From positions 1-36,729 of IMG/VR virus record IMGVR_UViG_3300026187_001225: 36,729 nt of DNA, one strand, 5' to 3'. The position numbers and the translations under genes were made by a program. Shown here one piece after another: positions 9,905 to 19,108 of this stretch. The notes below the pieces were generated by a model. It was not told the DNA's origin. It was given only the letters and a program-made list of their open reading frames with translations, and did not search any database. Each line of letters starts with the position of its first letter. The stretch's first letter is position 1. Origin of the DNA: a virus. Lineage: Duplodnaviria; Caudoviricetes.

Positions 9905-10687
9905 ATGGATATGCTTTACTACAAAGGTGGACATACTTGCAGAGTATTTGACTACGCCTTAGATGTTCATAGAACTATGGCATATCACGATTGGATAGAG
10001 TTAAATGTCAATGGCAAAGTTGTCTGTGAGTTAGGTGCAGGTTCAGGAATCATGGCATGGCTCTGTTTGAAGTATGGAGCAACAAAAGTCTACTGCTATG
10101 AAAACAATCCTGACACTTTATATCATTTAGAAGAATTATTTGCAGGTGATGATAGAGTAATAATTAAAAATGAAGATATAAGCACAGCAACATTTCCTAC
10201 TGCTGATATCTATTTACATGAAAATATTGCATCAAATGTCTTTATGGAAAATATTTTAGGAATCTATGCAAACTTAAAAGCACAAGGATTGGATGATAAA
10301 ACATATCCAAACAAAATAAAAATACAACATGGAACATATACAGGAACTTCTACAAACTATCCCTTTAGAGTTGAAAACTTTACTAATGCAAATGTATTAG
10401 AATTTTTTAATAAATTTAATATGAATGAAATAATTAGTGATGTATTTACTTATCTACAACATGACCTTAGTGCTATCAATATAAGTGCAACTGTTTTTGA
10501 AGGTAATCTAAAAGATTTAACAAGAATTACAGAAGAAGATACAAACAACGAATATATATTTTGGGAAGCGTCTTTTAATGGTAAATATAAATTTTCAAAC
10601 TGGAAATACAAAACACATTGGAACATTATTAAAGCAGGTGATAATCACATGGCAATTCCTGAAGATGTAACCTACGATATTAGTTAG
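9905..10687 (+). CDS. Class I SAM-dependent methyltransferase with protein-arginine-methyltransferase-like motifs
   Basis: DVHRTMAY, VCELGAGSG (motif I), KVYCYE, DIYLHENIASNVFME (E-x8-E), C-terminal THW. Confidence 0.8.
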   Translation: MDMLYYKGGHTCRVFDYALDVHRTMAYHDWIELNVNGKVVCELGAGSGIMAWLCLKYGATKVYCYENNPDTLYHLEELFAGDDRVIIKNEDISTATFPTADIYLHENIASNVFMENILGIYANLKAQGLDDKTYPNKIKIQHGTYTGTSTNYPFRVENFTNANVLEFFNKFNMNEIISDVFTYLQHDLSAINISATVFEGNLKDLTRITEEDTNNEYIFWEASFNGKYKFSNWKYKTHWNIIKAGDNHMAIPEDVTYDIS

Positions 10688-11136
10688 AATTCAACACCTC
10701 TTTCTTGTAAGATGTTTTTACAAATTTGTAAATGTTTTTGTATAACCTCAGGCTTCATCATGTCACCTTCGTAGTTTTCAAGAACTTCTATATATTTTTG
10801 TAAAAATTCTGAACTGTCTTCAGCAAGTTTTTGTTCAATAGGTTTTTCCATTTCTTTTTCAAACAAATCATGCATATAGTCTGAAACATCACTGTAAAGT
10901 TTTTTAAAGTATTTAGTTCTTGCAAACCAATGTTTTATATTTCTTTCTTCTAATTCAAGTTCTAAGAAATATAGTTCTGTTTCGTTTTCATCTATTCTTT
11001 CCATAGTTGTTCCATAAAGTTCTGATATGGAATCGTTATCTAAAGAAAAGATTTCTTCTTTTAGATTTTTATATTGCTCATATGACATATAGTCATAGTT
11101 AGATATTTTGTTTTTGATTTCTTGTAAGTTTCTCAT
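10684..11136 (-). CDS. Hypothetical acidic helical protein, antisense to the structural operon
   Basis: 150 aa with AGGA RBS and its own upstream promoter; no + strand ORF covers the interval. Confidence 0.75.
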   Translation of the reverse strand: MRNLQEIKNKISNYDYMSYEQYKNLKEEIFSLDNDSISELYGTTMERIDENETELYFLELELEERNIKHWFARTKYFKKLYSDVSDYMHDLFEKEMEKPIEQKLAEDSSEFLQKYIEVLENYEGDMMKPEVIQKHLQICKNILQERGVEF

Positions 11137-11179
11137 TTTATATTTCCTGCTTTTTAGCGTTTATCAATTTATACAATCT

Positions 11180-11207
11180 ATTATAAGCATTTTTAAATAA
11201 ATGTAAA
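11180..11207 (-). promoter_or_regulatory. Sigma70-like promoter for the 10684-11136 gene
   Basis: On the - strand TTTACA-N16-TATAAT, with TATTCCA just upstream (11214-11220). Confidence 0.55.
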
Positions 11208-11287
11208 CCTTTTTGGAATATTTATTTTAAAGACTATGTATTTGTATTTTTATTTGCTAGACTGTGTAAAGTTAATTCAGGAGAATT

Positions 11288-11857
11288 ATGAAAACATTTA
11301 TAGAAATTGGCAGTTGCGACTTTGATACAAATATCCCACTAATTGAGACAGGTAATTGGAAAGGCATAATGATTGAGCCTAGTCCACATTATTTTGAATC
11401 ACTTTCAAAAATAGTTGAAACAATAAAACACAAAGAAAATCTTACATTAGATAATCATGTGATTAGCGATTATGAAGGCGATATTAAGTTTTTAACAAGT
11501 GTAACCAATAAAGCACTTTGGGTAAGAGGTTTATCAAGCGTGTCTGAAGATAACCACAAAGGCGAGAGACTATTTGATTTAAAAGACAATAAACAGTTTA
11601 TTGACAAAGAGTTAAAACTTAAATGCACAACCTTAGATAAAATAATTGATAAATATGAAATAGATAAAATTGATTATCTAAAGATGGACGTAGAAGGACA
11701 TGAGCTTAATATTATAGATTCATATTCTTGGTCAATCATGCCTGATGTCATAAAACTTGAACACACACATATTGATGACATATCAGTTAGAAGAATGTTA
11801 GAGCAAAAAGGTTATATAGTTTATACAGAGCATAGAGACATATACGCTATAAGATGA
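11288..11857 (+). CDS. FkbM-family methyltransferase
   Basis: FIEIGSCD, GIMIEP, TTLDKIIDKYEIDKIDYLKMDVEGHE; AGGAG RBS. Confidence 0.88.
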   Translation: MKTFIEIGSCDFDTNIPLIETGNWKGIMIEPSPHYFESLSKIVETIKHKENLTLDNHVISDYEGDIKFLTSVTNKALWVRGLSSVSEDNHKGERLFDLKDNKQFIDKELKLKCTTLDKIIDKYEIDKIDYLKMDVEGHELNIIDSYSWSIMPDVIKLEHTHIDDISVRRMLEQKGYIVYTEHRDIYAIR

Positions 11858-13695
11858 AAAAACTTGTAATAAGTTTGCTATCAAGACCTGATAGAAAGGT
11901 ATCTTTCAATACAAATCAACTGCAAGATTTTAAATATCTTAGAGCATATGCACCAAGACACATACCAAAAAAAGAAATAGCAACGCAACCTGATTGGATT
12001 GACCCATTTAGAAAGAGAAAAATACTAGATAGCGAAGTTGCTTGTTTTTTATCACACAGAAAAGCATGGTTGAAATGTATTGAACTCAATGAGCCTGTAA
12101 TCATTATGGAAGATGATGCAGTTATAAACGATAAATGGAATGAAGATTATTATGAAGAACTTATTAAAGAATACGATTTTGTTTACTTGCAAAGAAATGA
12201 AAACGAACCAAGTAAAGTAACAAATGTAAACGATAAAATAGAAATACCATACTATCCTTATAATTTGACTGCTTATGTTATAAAACCTAGCACTGCAAAA
12301 ATATTAGCAGACAAAGCAATGTTGAAGAAAATAATTCCAGTTGATGAATATTTACCACAACTAATACAAAACCAAGCAATAAAATCTGTTGCATTAAAGC
12401 AAGACTCTTGCAATCAAATATCTAGAAACATATCTAAGAGTGATATCACAGAAGGTAAGATATATGTAGATTACAAAGTTCATCCTATAACAATAGGAAC
12501 AGATAGAAAGAAGTGTGTAAAACTAAATACCAGTGCAACACTAAAAGGCATATCTGTGAAAAATTTAGGCACAAATGTAGAATGGGAAGGAACTGACATG
12601 ACTGCTTATGGTGGTGGTCATAAAGTTAATCTTCTAAGAAAATATATAGACTCTCTGCCTGACAACGACATTATTTTATTTACTGATGCATATGATGTTT
12701 TTTATGCTGATGACTTAGACACAATAGTAGAAAGATATTTAGACTTTGATTGTAAAGTATTGTTTAGTGCAGAAGCAGTTTGTTGGCCGGATTCTAGTAT
12801 AGCTTCAGATTTTCCTGAGTCTTATACTAAATATAGATACCTTAACAGTGGCACCTTTATTGGCAGAGTTGATGAACTCAAATTAATTATTGATAGTGGA
12901 ATTGTTGATAACGATGGTGATGACCAACTCTTTTATCAAAAAGCATTTTTGACAAATAGATATAATATAAAACTTGATTATGAAGCCTATATATTCAATA
13001 CGCATGATGTAGATGTAGTCAAAGATGGTTCTCAACTTTACAATCGTCATACAGAAACTTTTGGTTGTATTTATCATGGTAATGGTGGTGATGATGCAAA
13101 AGAAAAGTTTGATGAACTATATAACACTTTCTATCCACCACAAAAAGGTCTCTTTATACCTCATTACAATAAAATAGACTTTTTAACAGACGATATGCTT
13201 GTAGTTGATTTTATGACACAAGAGCAGTGCGAAAGAATGATAGAGATAGCTGATAAGCATGGTGGATGGGGTTCACTTACTTATGACAAGTTTCCTGCAC
13301 AAGAAATTAGATTGACAGAATTAGGATTATACGAAGAACTAGAAAAACACTGGACAGAACACATTGTTCCAACAATAGAACAATACTGGAAACCTTTGCT
13401 TTCTTATGGACTTCGTGATGCTTTTGTTATGAGATATGCATTAGATACACAAGTCAATCTTAATTTACACCATGACGCTTCTCTTGTTACTGGTTCTGTA
13501 AAACTAAATGATGATTATGAAGGAGCAAGTCTAATTTTTCCAAGACAAGGTATTAATAATGATGATGTCCCAGTTGGCAAGTGCATATTATTTCCTGCAA
13601 CTGTGACACATGGACATGAATGTTTACAGCTTAAAAAAGGTGAAAAGTATAGTTTTACTATATGGTCTAAAAGATTTCCACAAGACCAAATATAA
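11854..13695 (+). CDS. Three-domain GT25 glycosyltransferase + PLOD-type glycosyltransferase + lysyl-hydroxylase-like 2OG-Fe(II) oxygenase
   Basis: GT25: VISL..R.DR, EVACFLSH, IMEDD, PVDEYL. PLOD GT: ILFTDAYDV, FSAE..CWPD, RYLNSGTFIG, DDQLFY, HGNG. Oxygenase: FVMRY, LHHDAS, THGHE. Confidence 0.88.
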   Translation: MKKLVISLLSRPDRKVSFNTNQLQDFKYLRAYAPRHIPKKEIATQPDWIDPFRKRKILDSEVACFLSHRKAWLKCIELNEPVIIMEDDAVINDKWNEDYYEELIKEYDFVYLQRNENEPSKVTNVNDKIEIPYYPYNLTAYVIKPSTAKILADKAMLKKIIPVDEYLPQLIQNQAIKSVALKQDSCNQISRNISKSDITEGKIYVDYKVHPITIGTDRKKCVKLNTSATLKGISVKNLGTNVEWEGTDMTAYGGGHKVNLLRKYIDSLPDNDIILFTDAYDVFYADDLDTIVERYLDFDCKVLFSAEAVCWPDSSIASDFPESYTKYRYLNSGTFIGRVDELKLIIDSGIVDNDGDDQLFYQKAFLTNRYNIKLDYEAYIFNTHDVDVVKDGSQLYNRHTETFGCIYHGNGGDDAKEKFDELYNTFYPPQKGLFIPHYNKIDFLTDDMLVVDFMTQEQCERMIEIADKHGGWGSLTYDKFPAQEIRLTELGLYEELEKHWTEHIVPTIEQYWKPLLSYGLRDAFVMRYALDTQVNLNLHHDASLVTGSVKLNDDYEGASLIFPRQGINNDDVPVGKCILFPATVTHGHECLQLKKGEKYSFTIWSKRFPQDQI

Positions 13696-13723
13696 TGTAT
13701 TATAAATACAAACAGGAGTTGCT

Positions 13724-13960
13724 ATGAGTGAAGAAAAGGTATTAGCCTTCAATTATATTGACGACAAAGGAGATAAACAATCATTTCCTGTGTCTGATAT
13801 GTCTGATTTACAAAAATCATTCTTTATTCGCTTATCAGAAAAGATAAAAGAAAAAAATAAACTAAAGCTAAAATTAGATGATACTTTAATTTTAGAGCAA
13901 ATCTTTACAGAAAGATTGAAACAATCACTTGGAATTGATAATGGCGAGGACAAAACTTGA
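13724..13960 (+). CDS. Hypothetical protein
   Basis: 78-aa ORF with AGGAG RBS. Confidence 0.65.
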   Translation: MSEEKVLAFNYIDDKGDKQSFPVSDMSDLQKSFFIRLSEKIKEKNKLKLKLDDTLILEQIFTERLKQSLGIDNGEDKT

Positions 13961-14108
13961 ACAGCATGAAGAAATTTGTGCAATAAGATATGAAAATATA
14001 GAAAAACGCATGGAATCAGGTTCTAAGCGTTTCATTCGCATGGAACACATGATATGGGGATTGTATGCTCTAATAATTACATCTAGTATAGCAGGAGCAT
14101 TTATCTAA
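13941..14108 (+). CDS. Small coiled-coil protein with C-terminal transmembrane helix (not in the ORF track)
   Basis: Hand translation MARTKLEQHEEICAIRYENIEKRMESGSKRFIRMEHMIWGLYALIITSSIAGAFI (55 aa); stop overlaps the next ATG (TAATG). Confidence 0.75.
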   Translation: MARTKLEQHEEICAIRYENIEKRMESGSKRFIRMEHMIWGLYALIITSSIAGAFI

Positions 14109-14761
14109 TGGCAGGATTCACAATAACCACAGAGCCAGTTCAAGAACCACTTTCATTACAAGAAGTTAAAGATTATTTAAGACTTGATGACAATATAGAC
14201 GAAAGAATGCTTAGAGCATTAATTCAGACAGCAAGAGTATTTTGCGAAGAACATATTGGAAGAAAGTTAATGACACAGACCATAACACAATTTATAGATG
14301 GTTATGATGAAACAACTTCTCCATTATGGGAAGGAACTAGAACTGCACCTGATTTACCAATTTACAAAAACTTTATTGAGTTATCTTTTGCACCTTTGCA
14401 AAGTGTGACATCAGTAAAAACATTTGATGATAGTGATACAGCAACAACAATGGCTAGTTCTAAGTATTACGTTGATAGTGTTAGAGAATTACCAAGAATT
14501 GTATTAAGAAAAGGTGAAACATTCCCTACTGCATTAAGGGTTGCTAATGCTATTGAGATTATCTATGACGTAGGTTATTCAACAGCTTTTTCAATTCCTG
14601 AAGCAATAAAAGTTGGAATGTTGCAACATATAGCACATATGTATGAACACAGAGGTGATATGTATGAAGCAAAAAATCCTTATCCACCTATGTTGAAGTC
14701 ACTTTATGCACCTTATGTAATACACAAAGGTTTAGGTGGTTCAACTTTAATGGCAATATAA
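14108..14761 (+). CDS. Head-tail connector (HK97 gp6 / phiE125 gp8-like)
   Basis: EPLSLQEVKDYLRLD, LIQTARVFCE, IPEAIKVGMLQHIAHMYEHR. Confidence 0.9.
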   Translation: MAGFTITTEPVQEPLSLQEVKDYLRLDDNIDERMLRALIQTARVFCEEHIGRKLMTQTITQFIDGYDETTSPLWEGTRTAPDLPIYKNFIELSFAPLQSVTSVKTFDDSDTATTMASSKYYVDSVRELPRIVLRKGETFPTALRVANAIEIIYDVGYSTAFSIPEAIKVGMLQHIAHMYEHRGDMYEAKNPYPPMLKSLYAPYVIHKGLGGSTLMAI

Positions 14762-14762
14762 A

Positions 14763-15089
14763 ATGACTAGCATTGGTAGAATGCGTTACAGAGTAGCCTT
14801 GCAGTCGCCTACAAACACAAGAGACGCAGGTGGTGGCGTTTCACAATCATATAAGACTATCAATACTATTTGGGCAGATATCGTCCCACAGAACGGCTCA
14901 GAGACTTACAGACAGGGTAAAACCACAGAAAAGATTACTCATAAGATAACAATTAGAAAATTACCTAATGTAAATACTAGAAACAGGATTTCTTATGATA
15001 GTAGATTGTTTGCTATTAAGAATGTCATTAATTTAGATGAAAGAGGTAGATTTTTACAATTACTCTGTGAAGAAGGCGTTGCAATATGA
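14763..15089 (+). CDS. Head closure protein (SPP1 gp16-like)
   Basis: GRMRYRVALQ...DAGGG...WA...THKITIR...RI; expected position. Confidence 0.88.
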   Translation: MTSIGRMRYRVALQSPTNTRDAGGGVSQSYKTINTIWADIVPQNGSETYRQGKTTEKITHKITIRKLPNVNTRNRISYDSRLFAIKNVINLDERGRFLQLLCEEGVAI

Positions 15090-15520
15090 GTAATATTAGC
15101 CTAAAAATAAAAAACTTAGATGCTTTCAATAAAAGATTAAATAAGAAACTAAAAGACAATAAAGTAAAGGCTATTGTAACAAGAGCATCATTACTAGTAG
15201 AAAAAGAAGCAAAAGAAAGTATATTAAAAGGTGGAACTGGTAGAACTTACGAAAAATACGAGCCAAGAAGAACTCATACAGCTTCAAGACCAAAACAACC
15301 ACCTGCAAGTGACACTGGATTCTTAGTAAATAATATAGGTATCAAAGTTAAAAGCAGTCCTGACGGAACAGTTATTGGTCAAATAATATCTTCTGCACCA
15401 TATTCTAAGCATTTAGAGTTTGGCACAACACAAATGACAGAAAGACCATTTATGCAACCTGCGTTACAAAAAAATAAAAGAAAAATCAAACAATTATTTG
15501 AAAAAGGCATAATCAAATGA
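15086..15520 (+). CDS. HK97 gp10-like tail completion protein
   Basis: PASDTGFL, YSKHLEFGT, RPFMQPAL. Confidence 0.88.
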   Translation: MSNISLKIKNLDAFNKRLNKKLKDNKVKAIVTRASLLVEKEAKESILKGGTGRTYEKYEPRRTHTASRPKQPPASDTGFLVNNIGIKVKSSPDGTVIGQIISSAPYSKHLEFGTTQMTERPFMQPALQKNKRKIKQLFEKGIIK

Positions 15521-15924
15521 GCATAGGTCAATTCGCACTACAGAGCATCATATATAGCACATTAAATGGAGATAGCACTATAACAGATACTTATAGTGCA
15601 GGTGTATATGATGAGCCTTTAGAAGGTGCTACATACCCTTTTGTAAGAATAGGTGAAGAAACAGCAGTTGATTACAGCACAAAAGATGTTGTAGGTGGTG
15701 AATACATCATAAACATTCATGTTTGGTCACAATACAAAGGTTCAAAAGAAACTAAACAAATAATGGACAGAATACATGATTTATTGCATGATAGTAGTTT
15801 AAGTGTTACTGGATTTAATTTAATAAATCTTAGATTTGATTTCAGTGATATAATGATAGACCCAGATGGGATAACAAGACATGGTGTTATGCGATTCCGT
15901 GCAATAATATTAGGAACTAACTAA
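15517..15924 (+). CDS. Tail terminator (DUF3168-like)
   Basis: VYD, YPFVRIG, IHVWS...G, HGVMRFRA; precedes the tail tube gene. Confidence 0.85.
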   Translation: MSIGQFALQSIIYSTLNGDSTITDTYSAGVYDEPLEGATYPFVRIGEETAVDYSTKDVVGGEYIINIHVWSQYKGSKETKQIMDRIHDLLHDSSLSVTGFNLINLRFDFSDIMIDPDGITRHGVMRFRAIILGTN

Positions 15925-15941
15925 TTTTATAGGAGAAAAAA

Positions 15942-16355
15942 ATGGCGGCACAAAAAGGAGCAAGTCTATTACTCAAAGTCGGTGATGGTGCATCACCTGA
16001 GTCTTTTACAACCATCGGTGGTCTAAGGTCTACTTCAATTACTTTAAATGACGAAGCAGTTGATGTAACAAATAAAGATTCAGCAGGTCAAAGAGAACTT
16101 TTAGCTGATGGTGGTATTCACACAATATCAATATCAGGTTCAGGTGTCTTTACAGATTCAGCATCAGAAACAACTTTGCGTGGTAAAATGGATGCATCAA
16201 CTTTTACCAATTTTCAAGTAATCGTACCTGATTTTGGCACATACACAGGTGCTTTTATGGTTTCGTCTCTTGAATATGCAGGTGAGTTTAATGGCGAAGT
16301 AACTTATTCAGTAAGTTTAGAGTCTTCAGGCTCAATTACATTCGCAACTGTATAA
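15942..16355 (+). CDS. Major tail tube protein (TP901-1/GTA type)
   Basis: MAAQKG..LLLK, GGLRS, VDVTNKDS, SGSGVF, PDFGTYTGAF, LEYAGE.NGE. Confidence 0.93.
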   Translation: MAAQKGASLLLKVGDGASPESFTTIGGLRSTSITLNDEAVDVTNKDSAGQRELLADGGIHTISISGSGVFTDSASETTLRGKMDASTFTNFQVIVPDFGTYTGAFMVSSLEYAGEFNGEVTYSVSLESSGSITFATV

Positions 16356-16359
16356 TCAG

Positions 16360-16590
16360 ATGTCTTGGAAACAAGTAAAAGTTGAAGATGGTGTCATTGG
16401 AATGATGAAGGATAATATCCTGAATATTCCAATGATAGAACTTGATAAAACTATATCAATAAACAACAAGTCTTATAAAATAGCTTCATCAGAGATTGAT
16501 GAAAGAGATAATAGACTAATTGTTAATCTTGCAATTGCAAGTCCAAAGAAAAAAGGAGAATCAGAAGATGACAAACAAGCTAAAGGGTGA
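16360..16590 (+). CDS. Hypothetical protein
   Basis: 76-aa ORF between the tail tube and chaperone genes. Confidence 0.6.
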   Translation: MSWKQVKVEDGVIGMMKDNILNIPMIELDKTISINNKSYKIASSEIDERDNRLIVNLAIASPKKKGESEDDKQAKG

Positions 16591-16912
16591 AGTTGAGATA
16601 AATTTATCAGGTAAAGACTACAAATGTAGACTTACCATTGATGCAATCATGGGTATAGAACAAGCCTGTGGTTGTGGTATTTTAAAACTTGCACAAAAAA
16701 TGGCTAACGCTGATATATTAATATCAGACATAATTAATATTTTGCTCCCTGCATTAAGAGGTGGTGGGAACGACTTTCAGCGTAAAGATGTAATGAAGAT
16801 TGTGCAAAACGCAGGAATAGTAGCGTCAACAACTGCTGTAGCTACTCTACTAACAGAAACTTTAAGTGATTCAGAGGAAGCACAAGAGGGAAAGCAAGTA
16901 GAGGGAGCATAG
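16568..16912 (+). CDS. Tail assembly chaperone (GTA gp10-like, lambda G analogue)
   Basis: ATG 16568 after AGGAG; NKLKGEV...CRLT..A...IE, LRGGG; lies between tube and tape measure. Confidence 0.8.
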   Translation: MTNKLKGEVEINLSGKDYKCRLTIDAIMGIEQACGCGILKLAQKMANADILISDIINILLPALRGGGNDFQRKDVMKIVQNAGIVASTTAVATLLTETLSDSEEAQEGKQVEGA

Positions 16913-17115
16913 ATTGTGATAACCTGCCTGTCGCAAGATTCTTCTCAATCTGTGTGGGCATGATGGGAATGTCTCCTAACAATTTTTGGCAATGTTCTCC
17001 ACAAGAAATCTACTTATCTATAAGTGGTTTTAAAGAATTTCATGGTGTAGATAAAAACCAACCAATGACAAGAAATGAACTCAACGAGTTAATGGAGTTA
17101 TATCCTGATGGCTAG
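16888..17115 (+). CDS. -1 frameshift extension of the tail chaperone (lambda GT analogue)
   Basis: Slippery G GGA AAG at 16888-16894, in frame. The -1 frame is open to TAG 17113-17115 and encodes ...[14 protein letters not shown]...ELMELYPDG. Confidence 0.85.
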   Translation, partial: GKASRGSIDCDNLPVARFFSICVGMMGMSPNNFWQCSPQEIYLSISGFKEFHGVDKNQPMTRNELNELMELYPDG

Positions 17116-19108
17116 ACCTATTGATGAATTAATTGTTGAGATTAAAGCTGACACAAGAGACTTACAAAAACAGTTAAATCAAATAAATGGAAAATTAAAA
17201 GCTACTGGTGCCGCAGGTGGTGCGGCTTTTGGTGCTTTAGGTGGAGCAACAGCAGGTCTTAAAGGTAGCATGGGCAAACTTGCAGGTGCGGCAGGTATAG
17301 GTGCTGTTCTTCTTGCAATTGGAAAACTAGGAACATTCTCTGCAAGAGCAGGTATGGAATTTGAAGATTTAAAAGATTCTTTAGATACTGTTTTTGGTTC
17401 TATTGAAGCAGGTGACAAACAATTTAAAAGAATATTAAACTTTGCACAAACCACGCCATTTCAAATTGATACAGTAACAAAAGCATTCATATCATTAGGC
17501 TCTGTTGGTATTGAGCCAACTGCACGAATGATGCAAGTTTTTGCAGATACAGCTTCAGTTGCTGTAGACCAAAGAGGTGCTTTTGAAGCTCTTATAAGAG
17601 TTGTTCAAAGAGCAGAAGCAGGTGCATTAGGACTACAAGAATTAAATATGTTAGCCGATAGAGGTATAGATGTATTTAAAGGTTTAAAAGACGAATTAGG
17701 TTTATCTAGATTAGAACTGACTGATTTTGGTCAAACAGCAGGTGGTGCAAAAATCATCGTTGAATCACTTGTTAATGTCTTAGAAAGACAATTTGGTGGT
17801 GCAATGGTAAATAAAATGGATAATTTATCTGTTGCAATATCTAACATGGAAATTGCTTTCAAATCATTAGGAAATGAAATATTTGAAGCAGGAGTTGCTG
17901 ATTTCTTTAAATTTTTTGTAGACAAAGCCGCAACTGCCGCTAATGCTGTAGCTGTAAGTTTAGCCGCAATTAGAGGTGAAGGTTTAGGTATTACATTAGA
18001 AGCTCCAACTCTTACTGGTGGTATGAGCTTTGACCAAATGCAAACCACAAGAGCAAATTCTGCAAAAAATAATATAAATGCTATTGATAATGAATTAGCA
18101 AAATACAGAATTACACAAGATGGTGTAAATGATATACAAGAAAAATTCTCATTAGCATTAGCAAAAACTGGAAGCGATGTTGTTACCTTTAGTGGTAAGT
18201 TTCAGTTAGCAAAAAATTTATTAGCTGAATTTGGAGTTACAGAAAGTGAAGCACAGCAAATAGTAGCAAACTTAATTGAAGAAAGAAAAAATCAAGTTGA
18301 AGCTCTTAAACAAGCTACACAGTCGCAAACTCAATTAAATGATGCACAAAAAGAAGAAATGCTGACAGCAGGTAAATTAGTTAGAGCTTTTGGTCTATTA
18401 GAAAAACATTTAGAAGATGTTAGAGGTGATACAGATTTACTAAATTTTGCACAAACAAATTTAGGAAAAATATTTCAAGATAATAAGCAAAGGTTATCAG
18501 AATTGGGTATTACGAGTGAAGAACAGCTTTTACCAGTTTTAGATGCATTAAGAGAAAAATCTGAGGGTTTAGGTAATACTTTTGCAGAAATATTTGAACC
18601 TGCGATACAACAAATTTCAATGTCTATGACCTCTGATTTTGTAAATGCTTTAATGGAAGGTGAAGATGCTTTAGATAGTTTTGATAAATTCGCTAAAAGT
18701 ATGGTTGCACAAATTATTACTACATTCTTACAGTTAGCTGTTGTTAATCAAATATTAAATAATATTTTTGGTCTTAATCTACCTACAAAAACTTTAGGTG
18801 AAATTTTCGGTAGAGCAGGTGGTGGTAAAATACAAAAAGGCACACCCACAATTGTTGGAGAAAGAGGTGCAGAAATATTTGTTCCTGATTCAGGTGGAAC
18901 TATAATGAATAATATGAATAGTAAAAATGCTATGGGTGGAACCCCAATAATTGTAAATCAATCAGTAAACTTTGCTACTGGGGTTGTGCCAACAGTAAGA
19001 GCAGAGATTTCAAAAATGATGCCACAGATTGCACAAGTAACAAAAGGTGCAGTAGCTGAAGCTAGTGTAAGAGGTGGTTCATATAGGAGATTACTACAAG
19101 GTGGCTAA
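17108..19108 (+). CDS. Tape measure protein
   Basis: 666 aa, Ala/Gly-rich and helical; FAQTTPF tape-measure domain; C-terminal RAGGG...VGERGAEIFVP. Confidence 0.93.
   Translation: MARPIDELIVEIKADTRDLQKQLNQINGKLKATGAAGGAAFGALGGATAGLKGSMGKLAGAAGIGAVLLAIGKLGTFSARAGMEFEDLKDSLDTVFGSIEAGDKQFKRILNFAQTTPFQIDTVTKAFISLGSVGIEPTARMMQVFADTASVAVDQRGAFEALIRVVQRAEAGALGLQELNMLADRGIDVFKGLKDELGLSRLELTDFGQTAGGAKIIVESLVNVLERQFGGAMVNKMDNLSVAISNMEIAFKSLGNEIFEAGVADFFKFFVDKAATAANAVAVSLAAIRGEGLGITLEAPTLTGGMSFDQMQTTRANSAKNNINAIDNELAKYRITQDGVNDIQEKFSLALAKTGSDVVTFSGKFQLAKNLLAEFGVTESEAQQIVANLIEERKNQVEALKQATQSQTQLNDAQKEEMLTAGKLVRAFGLLEKHLEDVRGDTDLLNFAQTNLGKIFQDNKQRLSELGITSEEQLLPVLDALREKSEGLGNTFAEIFEPAIQQISMSMTSDFVNALMEGEDALDSFDKFAKSMVAQIITTFLQLAVVNQILNNIFGLNLPTKTLGEIFGRAGGGKIQKGTPTIVGERGAEIFVPDSGGTIMNNMNSKNAMGGTPIIVNQSVNFATGVVPTVRAEISKMMPQIAQVTKGAVAEASVRGGSYRRLLQGG

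Noticed and set aside
13701-13708. TATAAATA resembling a T4 late promoter
   Set aside because: A single noticed occurrence in AT-rich DNA of a non-T4-like phage; no late sigma factor gene in the window.
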